In this document: positions 30,290 to 42,292 of the stretch, piece after piece
How the letters are laid out: the number at the start of each line of letters is the position of its first letter
Numbering within the stretch: the first letter of the stretch is position 1
Origin: an uncultured bacterium
Lineage (GTDB): Bacteria > SAR324 > NAC60-12
Assembly: GCA_965662235.1 (NCBI GenBank)
Contig: CBFIGY010000019.1
Location: 1 to 54,408, forward strand
DNA: 54,408 nt
Direction: 5' to 3'
Position numbers and translations under genes: made by a program
The notes under the pieces: generated by a model
Databases searched by the model: none
Seen by the model: only the letters and a program-made list of their open reading frames with translations
What the model was told of the DNA's origin: nothing

Positions 30290-31222
30290 ATGAGTTTGTT
30301 GCCTGAGGGACTCGTTATTGATTTTTTGAGCAAGCGGAAGTTTGCCTACGTGTTCTCCCTCATCATGATTGCCATTGGGCTCGTCTCCGTCCTAGGACAC
30401 CACGGCCTCAACTACGGCATTGACTTCCGGGGAGGAACCAACGTCCAGCTGCGCTTCGTTGAAGATCCCAGCCTCGATGCCCTCCGCGCCACCTTTGCTG
30501 AGCAGGGTCAGAACTCGGTGCAGCTCCAGACCTTTGGGGACCCGGCGGAACGAGAAGTGCTCCTCATTCTTCCTGTTGACAGTGAACTGGGAACCGGCGA
30601 GCAGCTGACGACGTCGCTGCAGAACCTGCTCGGAGCCACGCACCCAGGAATGGAAATCCGCCGCATTGAGACCATTGGCCCAAAGGTCGGGGATGAGCTG
30701 AAGTACGACGCCCTCTACTCCATCGCCGTTGCGCTGGGGCTGGTGCTCCTTTACATCACGTTCCGCTTTCAGTGGCGTCAAGGCGTTGCGGCCATTGTCA
30801 CGCTGCTGCATGACGTCCTGGTCGTGGTTGGGCTGTTTTCCTTGTTTGACAAGGAGTTCACCCTCTCCGTTGTGGCCGCGCTGCTGACGGTGGTGGGGTA
30901 CTCGCTCAACGACACCATCGTCGTCTTCGACCGGATCCGGGAGAACCAGGGACGCTTCCGCAAGAAGCCGATCATGGACCTGATCAACCTGAGCATCACG
31001 GAGACGTTGAGCCGAACCTTGCTGACGTCCGGAACCACGTTGATGGTAGTGCTGGTGCTGTTCCTGTTCGGAGGAGAGATCATCCACGACTTCTCCTACG
31101 CGTTGCTGAGCGGAATTGTCATTGGAACCTACTCTTCCATTTATGTCGCCAGCCCGCTGGTCGTGGTGCTGACCAAGCTGGAAGACGAACGCCCGGAGCC
31201 TGCTCCCTCGCAAGCTTCTTAA
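30290..31222 (+). CDS. secF: Protein translocase subunit SecF
   Basis: GIDFRGG, GPKVGDEL, LLHDV, GYSLNDTIVVFDRIREN, GTYSSIYVA. Confidence 0.96.
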   Translation: MSLLPEGLVIDFLSKRKFAYVFSLIMIAIGLVSVLGHHGLNYGIDFRGGTNVQLRFVEDPSLDALRATFAEQGQNSVQLQTFGDPAEREVLLILPVDSELGTGEQLTTSLQNLLGATHPGMEIRRIETIGPKVGDELKYDALYSIAVALGLVLLYITFRFQWRQGVAAIVTLLHDVLVVVGLFSLFDKEFTLSVVAALLTVVGYSLNDTIVVFDRIRENQGRFRKKPIMDLINLSITETLSRTLLTSGTTLMVVLVLFLFGGEIIHDFSYALLSGIVIGTYSSIYVASPLVVVLTKLEDERPEPAPSQAS

Positions 31223-31241
31223 CGCAACCGGAGGCAACGCC

Positions 31242-32114
31242 GTGGCCGAAGGAGACTTTTTCCCCATCCGGACCCTTGTGGTCGCCGGGTTAGGATTGAT
31301 CGGAGGCTCCTTCGCAGTGGCGGCCCGTTCCGCTGGCATTGCTCAGCGGCTTGTGGGCTTCGATCACTCAGCATCCCACCGTCAAGAAGCCTTGGAGCTG
31401 GGATTGGTCGATGCAACTCTTGCCGACTGGAAGGACCTCCCTGCAGAGACCGACCTGCTCCTGCTCGCCGTCCCAGTGGGCGCCTTGCCTGCGGTGATTG
31501 CTGACCTCCAGCCTCACCTTCCTCCGCACACCATCCTCACCGACGCTGGAAGCGTCAAGTCTCCGCTGGTTTCCTTGATGAGTACGCCGGCGTACCGTTC
31601 CATCCGTTTTGTCGCAGGGCACCCCATTGCTGGAGGCGAACGGTTTGGGCCTCAAGCGGCGAAGCCCGGGCTCTTTCAGGGCAAGCGCTTCATCCTCACC
31701 CCCACGGCTGAAACCGATCCGGAAGCCCTGGCGCTCGTGCGGGCGATCTGGACCCGGTTCGGAAGCGAGGTCCGGGAGATGGAGGCTCAGATGCACGATG
31801 AGATCTTTGCCGCCGTCAGTCACCTCCCACATCTGCTGGCCTATGCCAGCATTCAGGCCATTGTTACCAGCGACCACTCAGAGGCCTTGGAACACTCCGG
31901 AGCCGGGCTTAAGGACTTTTCACGAATTGCTTCCTCCAGTCCGGAAATGTGGGCAGACATCTTCATGGAAAACAAGGAATCGTTGCTTAAGCGGGTGACC
32001 GTGTTTCGGGAGACGCTTGATGCTCTGGAACAGGCGATTGCCCATGAGGATGGACCGGCCCTGCGGGACCTGCTGTGGCAAGCCAAGCAGGACCGAGACC
32101 GCTGGATGGGATAG
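31242..32114 (+). CDS. tyrA: Prephenate/arogenate dehydrogenase
   Basis: GLGLIGGS, TDAGSVK, GHPIAG, HDEIFAAVSHLPHL, DFSRIASSSPEMW. Confidence 0.92.
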   Translation: MAEGDFFPIRTLVVAGLGLIGGSFAVAARSAGIAQRLVGFDHSASHRQEALELGLVDATLADWKDLPAETDLLLLAVPVGALPAVIADLQPHLPPHTILTDAGSVKSPLVSLMSTPAYRSIRFVAGHPIAGGERFGPQAAKPGLFQGKRFILTPTAETDPEALALVRAIWTRFGSEVREMEAQMHDEIFAAVSHLPHLLAYASIQAIVTSDHSEALEHSGAGLKDFSRIASSSPEMWADIFMENKESLLKRVTVFRETLDALEQAIAHEDGPALRDLLWQAKQDRDRWMG

Positions 32115-32117
32115 GGA

Positions 32118-34201
<2,084 letters not shown>

Positions 34202-34208
34202 GGGTTCC

Positions 34209-35276
34209 TCAGTCGTTTTCGGTGGAAGGCGAGGCAATGGGGCGTGCCGCAAAGCGTCCTTGCCGCTTGGCAATGCCACGGAGCAAGCGTCCGAGCAGAT
34301 CGGCCCCTGTGATGATGCGTCTCACACCATCCCAACAAAGGATCAGGTCGTTGTCAATCACATCGTCCTCTGCGTGTTCCGGATGCACACGCAGGTGCTG
34401 CAGGGCCTGCCCCAGCGGGGTCGCCGGGTCGGTGATCACAATCGGACGATGGCAGTAAGAGTAGGGCCGGAAGGGTTCATCGCCAAACAGCGCGTCCCGT
34501 AGAAACGAGTCTGCGTTCAGGACAAGGCGCGGGAATCCTTCCAAGTCGGTAAGAATGACCCACTTCTTCCCCGAAGCCTGCACCTGCCGGAGGAACGGGT
34601 CGTTCGGGTGACGTTCAAAGTCAGGCAGCATCGGCAGGTCCGAGCTGCACTTGAGCGCAATGATGCTGTCCGGATCCACCAGTTCCCCCTCTTCCGCAAT
34701 CGGCAGGTCGTCCAACGACAGGAAGTTGAGGGCACCAATCCCTTCTAGGGGGTCAATGTCCGAGTCTTCTGCATGCATGTGCTTGTGGAGCATGATGCGG
34801 AAGTCCTGTTCATTGAAGTAGGTCACCCCCTCTTTGCCGAGCCACCAATCCAGCAGCATTGCCGAGGGCTTGGTGACAGGATAGAGCAGCAGGCGGTAGA
34901 CCCAGATCAGGGGGTACAGGCGGACGCCCATCCGGAGCGCATTCCGCGAAAAGTACGCCTGCGGGAGGATCTCGCCAAACAGGGTGATGCCGAAAGTAGA
35001 GAAGGCAAATGCCGCCACGCCCGCAAGCAGGGACTCACTGAGCAGCGTCAGGAAGACGTTGACGCTGACGTTCCCCCACAGCAGGGTCGCCAGAAGCAGG
35101 TTGGAATCGCGACGGAGCTCCAAGATGCGAGCTGCGTCTTTGTTTCCGGATTCGACCTCCACCTCCAAACGGAGGGGGCTGAGCCCAAAGAGCCCAATGG
35201 TCAGTCCGGAAAAGGCTGCAGACTGGGAGAAGCAAAACAGCACTCCCAGCCAAGAAAGGGTTGTCTCCGTTAACAT
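34209..35276 (-). CDS. CNNM/DUF21 membrane protein with degenerate CBS-like tail
   Basis: SAAFSGLTIG, LLATLLWGNV, FGEILPQAY. Confidence 0.85.
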   Translation of the reverse strand: MLTETTLSWLGVLFCFSQSAAFSGLTIGLFGLSPLRLEVEVESGNKDAARILELRRDSNLLLATLLWGNVSVNVFLTLLSESLLAGVAAFAFSTFGITLFGEILPQAYFSRNALRMGVRLYPLIWVYRLLLYPVTKPSAMLLDWWLGKEGVTYFNEQDFRIMLHKHMHAEDSDIDPLEGIGALNFLSLDDLPIAEEGELVDPDSIIALKCSSDLPMLPDFERHPNDPFLRQVQASGKKWVILTDLEGFPRLVLNADSFLRDALFGDEPFRPYSYCHRPIVITDPATPLGQALQHLRVHPEHAEDDVIDNDLILCWDGVRRIITGADLLGRLLRGIAKRQGRFAARPIASPSTEND

Positions 35277-35333
35277 GCCCGACTCCAGAAGAGCCGGGAC
35301 ACCGAAGACGGTTCCGGAGGGTCGTCGCTCATA

Positions 35334-36617
35334 CTAGCGTTGATTCAGTGGAACGTAATCACGGGAATTGGGGCCCGTGTAGATCTGACGGGGACGTCCG
35401 ATCTTGGGGTTGCTGTTGTGCATCTCAAGCCAGTGCGAGATCCAGCCTGGGAGGCGCCCCATCGCAAACAGCACGGTGAACATTTCGGTGGGGAAGCCCA
35501 GAGCCTTGTAGATGATGCCGCTGTAGAAGTCGACATTCGGGTAGAGGTTGCGCTCCACAAAGTACTCATCGGTCAGGGCGACCTCTTCAAGCTGCTTGGC
35601 AATGTCCAGCAGCGGATCCTGCACGCCAACCATGTTGAGCACTTTGTCTGCATAGGACTTGATGATCTTGGCCCGAGGGTCAAAGTTTTTGTAAACGCGG
35701 TGCCCAAAGCCCATCAGGCGGAAGCTCGAGTCCTTGTCCTTGGCCATTTCCACAGCCTTCTGGACGTTTCCGTTCTCCTCGTCCCGGATGTACTCCAGCA
35801 TCTCCAGAACCGCTTGGTTGGCTCCTCCGTGCAGCGGGCCCCAGAGGGCAGCAATGCCGGATGAGATGGACGCAAACAGGTTGGCTTGGCTGCTGCCCAC
35901 CAGACGAACCGTCGATGTGGAGCAGTTCTGCTCATGGTCCGCGTGCAGGATGAAGAGGACGTTGAGGGCCTCCACAAACTCCTTCGGCACCTCATACTCA
36001 GTGGCCGGGACGCTGAACATCATGTTCAGGAAGTTCTCACAGTAGGAGAAACGGTTCTTCGGATAGATCACCGGTTGCCCAATGTTCTTCTTGTGGGCCC
36101 AGGCTGCAATGGTGGGAAGCTTGCCCATCAGCCGCCAGATGGCCAAATCCACGGCGGCGTGGTCGGTGGCGCTGAAGTCCTCATAGAAGGTCGAGAGGGC
36201 GCAGACCACGCAGGAGAGGATGGCCATCGGGTGCGCATCCTTCGGGAATGCCGCATAGATGTGACGCAGGTCCTCATGCAGCATCGTGTGGCGCGTGATG
36301 TGGTTCTCAAAGTCGGCCAGTTGCTCGCTGCTAGGGAGTTCTCCGTAAATCAGTAGGTAGCTGACTTCCAGGAAGTTCGACTTCTCGGCCAGCTGCTCAA
36401 TCGGGTATCCGCGGTAGCGGAGGATGCCCTTTTCTCCATCCAGAAAAGTAATTGCGCTGGTTGCTGCTCCGGTGTTGACGTACCCGGGATCCAGGGTGAT
36501 GGCCCCGGTCTGGGACCGAAGTTTGGCAATGTCGATTCCCACTTCACCCTCAGAACCTACCACCAGCGGCAGTTCCACATTTTTATCGAGAATTTCCACT
36601 CGTGCGTTCTGACTCAT
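35334..36617 (-). CDS. gltA: Citrate synthase (type II)
   Basis: LRYRGYPIEQL, HADHEQNCST, GPLHGGAN, MGFGHRVYK, YPNVDFYSG; AAGGAG RBS. Confidence 0.96.
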   Translation of the reverse strand: MSQNARVEILDKNVELPLVVGSEGEVGIDIAKLRSQTGAITLDPGYVNTGAATSAITFLDGEKGILRYRGYPIEQLAEKSNFLEVSYLLIYGELPSSEQLADFENHITRHTMLHEDLRHIYAAFPKDAHPMAILSCVVCALSTFYEDFSATDHAAVDLAIWRLMGKLPTIAAWAHKKNIGQPVIYPKNRFSYCENFLNMMFSVPATEYEVPKEFVEALNVLFILHADHEQNCSTSTVRLVGSSQANLFASISSGIAALWGPLHGGANQAVLEMLEYIRDEENGNVQKAVEMAKDKDSSFRLMGFGHRVYKNFDPRAKIIKSYADKVLNMVGVQDPLLDIAKQLEEVALTDEYFVERNLYPNVDFYSGIIYKALGFPTEMFTVLFAMGRLPGWISHWLEMHNSNPKIGRPRQIYTGPNSRDYVPLNQR

Positions 36618-36868
36618 GCGCTCCTTTTCTAGTTGGGGGGAGACTAAGGTGATTTCTGACAACCAAAATCAACCTGCGGTAAACGAGAGCTCCAAGATTA
36701 GCGAACTGATGTATCAGAGGCAAGTGCTTCGCGTATCCTCAAACCGGGTTGGAAATTCCGGTCCAGAAAAAGACTCTGGAGCAAACGCTACCGGATCCTC
36801 CCAAGTTTTCTCAAGCCTGAGATTTTCAAACGGTTAGACGCAGGCTTCCGGGGCTAAACGCTCTTCCT

Positions 36869-36897
36869 TTGACAATTTTCCCAAAAAAATTCATCTT
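36869..36897 (+). promoter_or_regulatory. Probable promoter for the 37021 ORF
   Basis: TTGACA (36869-36874)-N17-CATCTT. Confidence 0.45.
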
Positions 36898-37020
36898 GAA
36901 TTCACCAACATCCTTCAAGCTCCGGGGCCAACGGTCTCAGCCCGCAGGGCGTTTGTTTCTGATGGGACAGAGCCAACGGAGGCCCCCACGTCTCATGTTT
37001 TCTCAAGAAGAACGTGTTTC

Positions 37021-37554
37021 ATGACCGACGATAAACGACTCGCGCAACCCCACACCTGTTCCATTGAGGACTGGGAGGACAAGATGGAAAAGCTGTTCTG
37101 GGCAGCGGTGCATCCCTTCCATCAGGGGCTGGCCATTTTTACCAACACGGAACGCCGCTACACCGGTGATCCGGAGGGGCAGCTGATTCCGCGCGTCTCC
37201 ATGCGCATCAAGAAGGAGCAGAGTGCCGACATGAAGCAGTTCCTCAAGGGGCTCACCCGGGAGGGCTTCAACAAGGTCTTTGGCCTCAAGGATACGCCTC
37301 CGGAAGGGCCGTATGAATTCCTCAAACTGGTGGACACCGCGCTGCCCAACAACTCCTACGTCTACTTCATCCACTCAGTACCTCCTACCGAGAAGATGGG
37401 AACCGAGCGGGTGGACATGGAACGGGAGCGTCAGGCCATTTTGGTTTACTCGCCGATCAACACCAACCTGGACTTCATGCGGATCATTACCGCGATCAAT
37501 GACATCCTCAATCCGGAGGAAAAGGAAGACAAGAAGGACGAGCCCGGGTCCTGA
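37021..37554 (+). CDS. Hypothetical protein (177 aa)
   Basis: Strong G/C third-position codon bias, fills gap between gltA and the amidohydrolase; no motif recognised. Confidence 0.75.
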   Translation: MTDDKRLAQPHTCSIEDWEDKMEKLFWAAVHPFHQGLAIFTNTERRYTGDPEGQLIPRVSMRIKKEQSADMKQFLKGLTREGFNKVFGLKDTPPEGPYEFLKLVDTALPNNSYVYFIHSVPPTEKMGTERVDMERERQAILVYSPINTNLDFMRIITAINDILNPEEKEDKKDEPGS

Positions 37555-38856
37555 TTAAGCCGTCGCACGCCTCACCAGGTCCTGCGCCATTGCCTCTCCT
37601 TCCTGCAGGACCACGGACGGGTCCAGCGTCTGAACCACGTAATCCTTGACCACCCACCTGCCGTTGATCAGCACATGCCGCACATCAGCCGCCTGCGCGC
37701 TGTAGGTGACGGCTGCCACGGGGTTGTGCCGAGGCCAGTAGTGTGGCTTGCGCGCATCAAGGAGGATGACATCGGCTTTTTTACCCACCTCCAAGGACCC
37801 GATTTCCTGCTCCAGTCCCAGGGCTCGAGCGCCGTTGAGTGTTGCCATCCGGATGGCGGTGGCAGCAGGAACGGCTTCAGCGTCGGCCTGAATGCCCTTG
37901 TGCAGCAGGGCGGCTAGGTGCAGTTCCTCAAACAGGTTGACGTTGTTGTTGCTGGCGTGGCCGTCGGTTCCTAGCGCGACCGTGACGCCCTTGGCCTGTA
38001 ACGCTGGAATGGGGGCAACGCCATTGGCCAGCTTCAGGTTGCTGGTGGGGTTGTGCAGCACCGTCACCGGATGCTCCGCCAGAAGTCGTTGGTCCGCCTC
38101 ATCCACATGAACGCAGTGGGCCGCTGCCGTGGGCTGCTCCAGAATACCGAGGTCCGTCAGGTACTGCACGGGCGTTTTCCCATGCGTCTCCAGTGACGTG
38201 GTCACCTCCTGACGACTTTCTGACAGGTGGATGTGCAGTCCAATTCCGCGACGCTGCGCTTCGGCGGCTGCTTCCTTCAGGTAACCGGCGCTGCACAGGT
38301 AGGGTGAATGAGGCCCCAGCTGCACGGTCACTCGTCCCTCAGCCTTCCCCTGCCAGGTGTCATGCAGCTGCGTTGCTTCCTTGAAGAGAAAGCCTCCTAG
38401 CCCCGGAGTCGGGTCCAGCAGTCCACCGCAGAGGCAGGCCCGGATTCCGGATTCTTCCACTCCGCGAGCCACTTGGTCCATGAAGAAGTACATGTCGAGA
38501 AAGCTGGTCACCCCAGCCTGGAGCAGTTCCAGAATGCCTAGGCGTGTGCCGGCATAGACGTGCTCGGCAGACAGGTGGTCTTCCAGAGGCTTGATGCGAT
38601 CCATCAGCCACGGCCAGAACGGAAGGTCGTCGGCGTAGTTCCGGAACAGAGCCATGGGGATGTGCGTGTGTGCATTGACCAGTCCAGGCAGGACGAGGTG
38701 ATCGGTGCCGTCCAGCACCTCATCGGCCACAAAGCCCTCTGGAATTGACCCCACTCCCACCAGGCGGTCTTCTGCAATGGCCAGCGGAGCGTTGGCGTGC
38801 ACCGTGTCCGTCGGGTCCACTGTCAGGAGAGTGGCATTTTCAATAAGCAGGTTCAT
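37555..38856 (-). CDS. Amidohydrolase, MTA/SAH deaminase (MtaD)-like
   Basis: PGLVNAHTH, GPHSPY, HIHLSES, AHCVH, NPTSNLKLANG, LGTDGHASNN, GSLEVGKKAD. Confidence 0.88.
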   Translation of the reverse strand: MNLLIENATLLTVDPTDTVHANAPLAIAEDRLVGVGSIPEGFVADEVLDGTDHLVLPGLVNAHTHIPMALFRNYADDLPFWPWLMDRIKPLEDHLSAEHVYAGTRLGILELLQAGVTSFLDMYFFMDQVARGVEESGIRACLCGGLLDPTPGLGGFLFKEATQLHDTWQGKAEGRVTVQLGPHSPYLCSAGYLKEAAAEAQRRGIGLHIHLSESRQEVTTSLETHGKTPVQYLTDLGILEQPTAAAHCVHVDEADQRLLAEHPVTVLHNPTSNLKLANGVAPIPALQAKGVTVALGTDGHASNNNVNLFEELHLAALLHKGIQADAEAVPAATAIRMATLNGARALGLEQEIGSLEVGKKADVILLDARKPHYWPRHNPVAAVTYSAQAADVRHVLINGRWVVKDYVVQTLDPSVVLQEGEAMAQDLVRRATA

Positions 38857-39061
38857 ACACAATTTCAGGTGCGCAGGAGAGATCTTCCGGAGAAGGAAAA
38901 AGCCAAACAGGAAACGCGTTGCATCATTCCTGAGAACTCCGGTCAATTCAAGAGCTTTCCCGGAAGGCGCCTGTTTTTTTCACCAGGGCCTCCTGTCTCA
39001 CCCTTGCAAGTTCCCAGGGGCTCCCTTACAGTTGCTCGCTGTTTCAATTTTTGGAGATTCT

Positions 39062-40159
39062 ATGGCGGAGCTAAAGAAAACCCCGTTTCATGCGATGCAC
39101 CTCGAACACGGGGCAATGATGGTGGACTTTGGGGGCTGGCACATGCCCGTGCGCTACAGTGGCGACAAGAAGGAGCACCAGGCGGTTCGAGAAGCGGTGG
39201 GGCTGTTTGACGTCAGCCACATGGGCGAAATTTCCGTCCGGGGCAAGCAGGCGCTGGCTCTGCTGCAGTACCTGACCTGCAACGACGTGGCGCGCCTGGA
39301 TCCCGGAAAGATCCACTACAACGTCCTCATGAGTCCGCAGGGGGGCTTCTTGGACGACGTGCTGATCTACCACCGGAGCGACCGGGATTACCTGGTGGTC
39401 GTCAATGCGGCAAACCGGGAGAAGGACTTTGCCTGGATCCGGGAGCAGAATGAACGCTTCAATGCAGAGATTGCTGATGAAAGCGACTCCTGGTGCCAGC
39501 TGGCCATTCAGGGCCCTCACGCCGTGGAAGTGCTGGAGCACCTGACCGAGCTGCCTGTCCGGGAGATGCGTTACTACCGTTTTGCAGAAGGCGAAGTGGC
39601 CGGCCTGCCCATGATCGTCAGCCGCACAGGCTACACAGCCTCAGACGGGTTTGAGATCTACTTTGCAACCGAACATGCGGAAACCGTCTGGCGGCAGCTC
39701 ATTGAGGCCGGTGCCCCGCATGGGTTGATCCCCTGTGGACTAGGAGCCCGCGACAGCCTCCGTATTGAAGGAGCGATGCACCTTTACGGCAACGAAATGA
39801 ACGAAGAGACCACTGTTCTGGAAGCCGGGCTCCAGTGGGTGGTGAAGCTGGACAAGGGGAAGTTCATTGGCAAGGACCGTTTGGAAGAACAGCAGCAAGA
39901 TGGCGTTCCCAAGCGGCTGGTCGGGTTCGAGATGGTGGAATTCGGCATCCCCCGACACGGTTACCCCGTCTGGCACGGCGACACGCAGGTGGGCGAAGTC
40001 ACCAGCGGTATCCTTTCTCCGACGCTGGGCAAGCCCGTTGGCCTCACCTATGTGCCGGCTTCCCTTGATGCGTCAGGCACGCTGCTGGAGGTGGAGATCC
40101 GTAAGAAACGCATTCCGGCTCGCATCGTCCCAACCCCGTTTTATCGGGTGAAACGCTGA
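39062..40159 (+). CDS. gcvT: Glycine cleavage system T protein
   Basis: VDFGGWHMPVRY, LFDVSHMGE, VNAAN, SRTGYT, GLGARDSLRIE. Confidence 0.95.
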   Translation: MAELKKTPFHAMHLEHGAMMVDFGGWHMPVRYSGDKKEHQAVREAVGLFDVSHMGEISVRGKQALALLQYLTCNDVARLDPGKIHYNVLMSPQGGFLDDVLIYHRSDRDYLVVVNAANREKDFAWIREQNERFNAEIADESDSWCQLAIQGPHAVEVLEHLTELPVREMRYYRFAEGEVAGLPMIVSRTGYTASDGFEIYFATEHAETVWRQLIEAGAPHGLIPCGLGARDSLRIEGAMHLYGNEMNEETTVLEAGLQWVVKLDKGKFIGKDRLEEQQQDGVPKRLVGFEMVEFGIPRHGYPVWHGDTQVGEVTSGILSPTLGKPVGLTYVPASLDASGTLLEVEIRKKRIPARIVPTPFYRVKR

Positions 40160-40304
40160 TTGTTCAGGTTTTTGTTTTTTCTCTGGACATGTTGCAGGGC
40201 CGAGGGCTAGATTAGTCGCGACCCGTGCAAGCGACACGATTCGGAACCCTTTTGACCGCATCCGTGCGGCCCCTTATCAACACCGCCCATCGAGGAGCAG
40301 GATA

Positions 40305-40691
40305 ATGAGCCAGGTGCCAGACGACCTGTTGTACACAAAAGAGCACGAGTGGATTCGCATCGAAGGATCCAAGGCCTACGTCGGAATCACTGAGTATGCG
40401 CAGAAGTCCTTGGGCGACATCGTGTACGTCGAAATGCCGAACATCGATGATGAATTCGAGTCTGGAGAAGAATTCGGAACCATTGAGTCTGTGAAAGCGG
40501 TCTCACCCCTGTACCTGCCGGTGGGTGGTCGCGTGATCGACTTCAATCAGGAACTGAAGGATCGTCCAGAGTTGGTGAATGAGGACTGCTACGATGAAGG
40601 CTGGCTGATCCGAGTCACAGTCCGGGGGGAGGATGGGCAAGACGACCTGCTCTCCGCCGAGGAGTACGAAGAGTTCTTGAAAGAATCCTGA
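40305..40691 (+). CDS. gcvH: Glycine cleavage system H protein
   Basis: YTKEHEW, GITEYAQKSLGDIVYV, lipoyl-Lys IESVKAVS. Confidence 0.94.
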   Translation: MSQVPDDLLYTKEHEWIRIEGSKAYVGITEYAQKSLGDIVYVEMPNIDDEFESGEEFGTIESVKAVSPLYLPVGGRVIDFNQELKDRPELVNEDCYDEGWLIRVTVRGEDGQDDLLSAEEYEEFLKES

Positions 40692-40707
40692 GCCGGACTT
40701 CCTCCCC

Positions 40708-42258
40708 ATGGCTTCCTCTCCCAGGAACGTCCTCTTCATCACTGCTGACCAGTGGCGAGGAGACACGCTCGGATGCGCGGGGCATCCGCTGGTACAGACC
40801 CCTCACTTGGACCAACTGGCTCAGGAAGGGGTGTCGTTCCGCAACCACTGGACCCAGACCGCTCCCTGCAGTCCGGCCCGAGCGTCCCTCTACACCTCCC
40901 TGTATCAGATGAACCACCGGGTGGCCAACAACGGCACCCCCTTGGACCGACGCCTAACCAACCTTGCGCTGGAAGCACGGCGTCAGGGATACGACCCGAC
41001 CCTCTTCGGCTACACCGACATGTCTGCGGATCCGCGGGATCATGACCGCAACGATCCCAAGCTGAAGACCTACGAAGGGGTTCTGCCAGGAATGACCGTG
41101 GGAGTATCGCTGACGGAGAGCGAAAAGCCGTGGCTGGCGTGGCTCAAAACCCTGGGCTACGAGGGACTGGACGCGGATTCGGTTTATCGACCCCTGCAGT
41201 CTGCAGCGCCTGGGGAGGCAGTGATGGGGCCTCCGGCCCGCTACGCCAAGGAACACAGCAACACCGCGTTTCTGTGTGGGGAGCTGCTGAAGTGGCTCAG
41301 CGTCCGGGAAGACGAGCCCTGGTTCGCGCACCTTTCCCTGCTTCGTCCGCATCCGCCTTGGATTGCTCCAGAGCCGTACCACACCCTGTACGACCCTGAA
41401 ACGGTTCCGACCCCCGCTCGAGGAGCCTCGGCCCAAGAGGAAAGCGAACAGCACCTGCTGCTGAAGACGCTCCATGAGATCGTCCCCATGAGCGCTTTCC
41501 ACCGAGATGGGCAGGGTCCCGTTGCCGAAGCCGATGAGGCGCAGGTCCGGCAGGCTCGGGCCGCCTACTACGGTTTGATCACCGAAGTGGACGCCCACCT
41601 GGGACGCATCTTCGCCTACCTCAAGGCCTCTGGGCAGTGGGAAAACACCCTGGTCGTCTTCACCACGGATCACGGAGAAATGCTGGGGGACCACTACCTC
41701 TTCGGCAAGCATGGTTACTTCGATGGGGCCTATCACATTCCGCTGATCATCCATGACCCGGAACGTCCGGAGCAGTTCGGAACGGTGGTGGAGGCCTTCA
41801 CCGAAACGATTGACACGACGCCAACCATCTTGGAATGGATCGGCGCGACGCCGCCTCAGCAGATGGATGGCCTTTCGCTGATGCCCTTCCTCAAGGGACA
41901 GACCCCGGAACGCTGGCGAGATGCGGTTCACTTTGAGTTCGACTTCCGGGAGATCAGCTCCCTGCAACCGATGATTCAGGAGCGTTTTGGTCTGCTTCCG
42001 GACCAGTGCTCCCTGTGCGTCATCCGAGATGAGCACTTCAAATACGTCCACTTCACCGCGCTGCCGCCTCTGCTCTTCGATCTGAAGGCCGACCCGCAGG
42101 AGCTGACCAACTTGGCTGAGCATCCGGAGCATCAGGCGACGGTGCTGAAGTATGCGCAGAAGATGCTGTCGTGGACGTTCAATCACCGGGACCGAACCCT
42201 TGTCAACATCAGCTACGAATCAGGCACGCCCCTCTTCTGGGAGGGGCCTCGGTTCTGA
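40708..42258 (+). CDS. Sulfatase-superfamily hydrolase, phosphonate monoester hydrolase/phosphodiesterase-like
   Basis: ITADQWRGD, formylglycine motif CSPAR, NHRVANNGTPLD, GYDPTLFGY, RPHPPW, TDHGEMLGDH, KYVHFTALPP. Confidence 0.85.
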   Translation: MASSPRNVLFITADQWRGDTLGCAGHPLVQTPHLDQLAQEGVSFRNHWTQTAPCSPARASLYTSLYQMNHRVANNGTPLDRRLTNLALEARRQGYDPTLFGYTDMSADPRDHDRNDPKLKTYEGVLPGMTVGVSLTESEKPWLAWLKTLGYEGLDADSVYRPLQSAAPGEAVMGPPARYAKEHSNTAFLCGELLKWLSVREDEPWFAHLSLLRPHPPWIAPEPYHTLYDPETVPTPARGASAQEESEQHLLLKTLHEIVPMSAFHRDGQGPVAEADEAQVRQARAAYYGLITEVDAHLGRIFAYLKASGQWENTLVVFTTDHGEMLGDHYLFGKHGYFDGAYHIPLIIHDPERPEQFGTVVEAFTETIDTTPTILEWIGATPPQQMDGLSLMPFLKGQTPERWRDAVHFEFDFREISSLQPMIQERFGLLPDQCSLCVIRDEHFKYVHFTALPPLLFDLKADPQELTNLAEHPEHQATVLKYAQKMLSWTFNHRDRTLVNISYESGTPLFWEGPRF

Positions 42259-42292
42259 CCGCTCGCGCAAGGACGCGTATGTTCGGCCAAGG

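Noticed and set aside
36890..36990. TPP riboswitch on the minus strand (GGCTGAGA..GAGCTTGA)
   Set aside because: P4/P5 spacing and the GCG-AGGGA 3' end do not fit; no thiamine gene downstream
38860..39061. Glycine riboswitch upstream of gcvT (TTTCAGG..GGAGAG fragments)
   Set aside because: No CCGAAG core or correctly ordered CTCTCAGG; fragments are out of register
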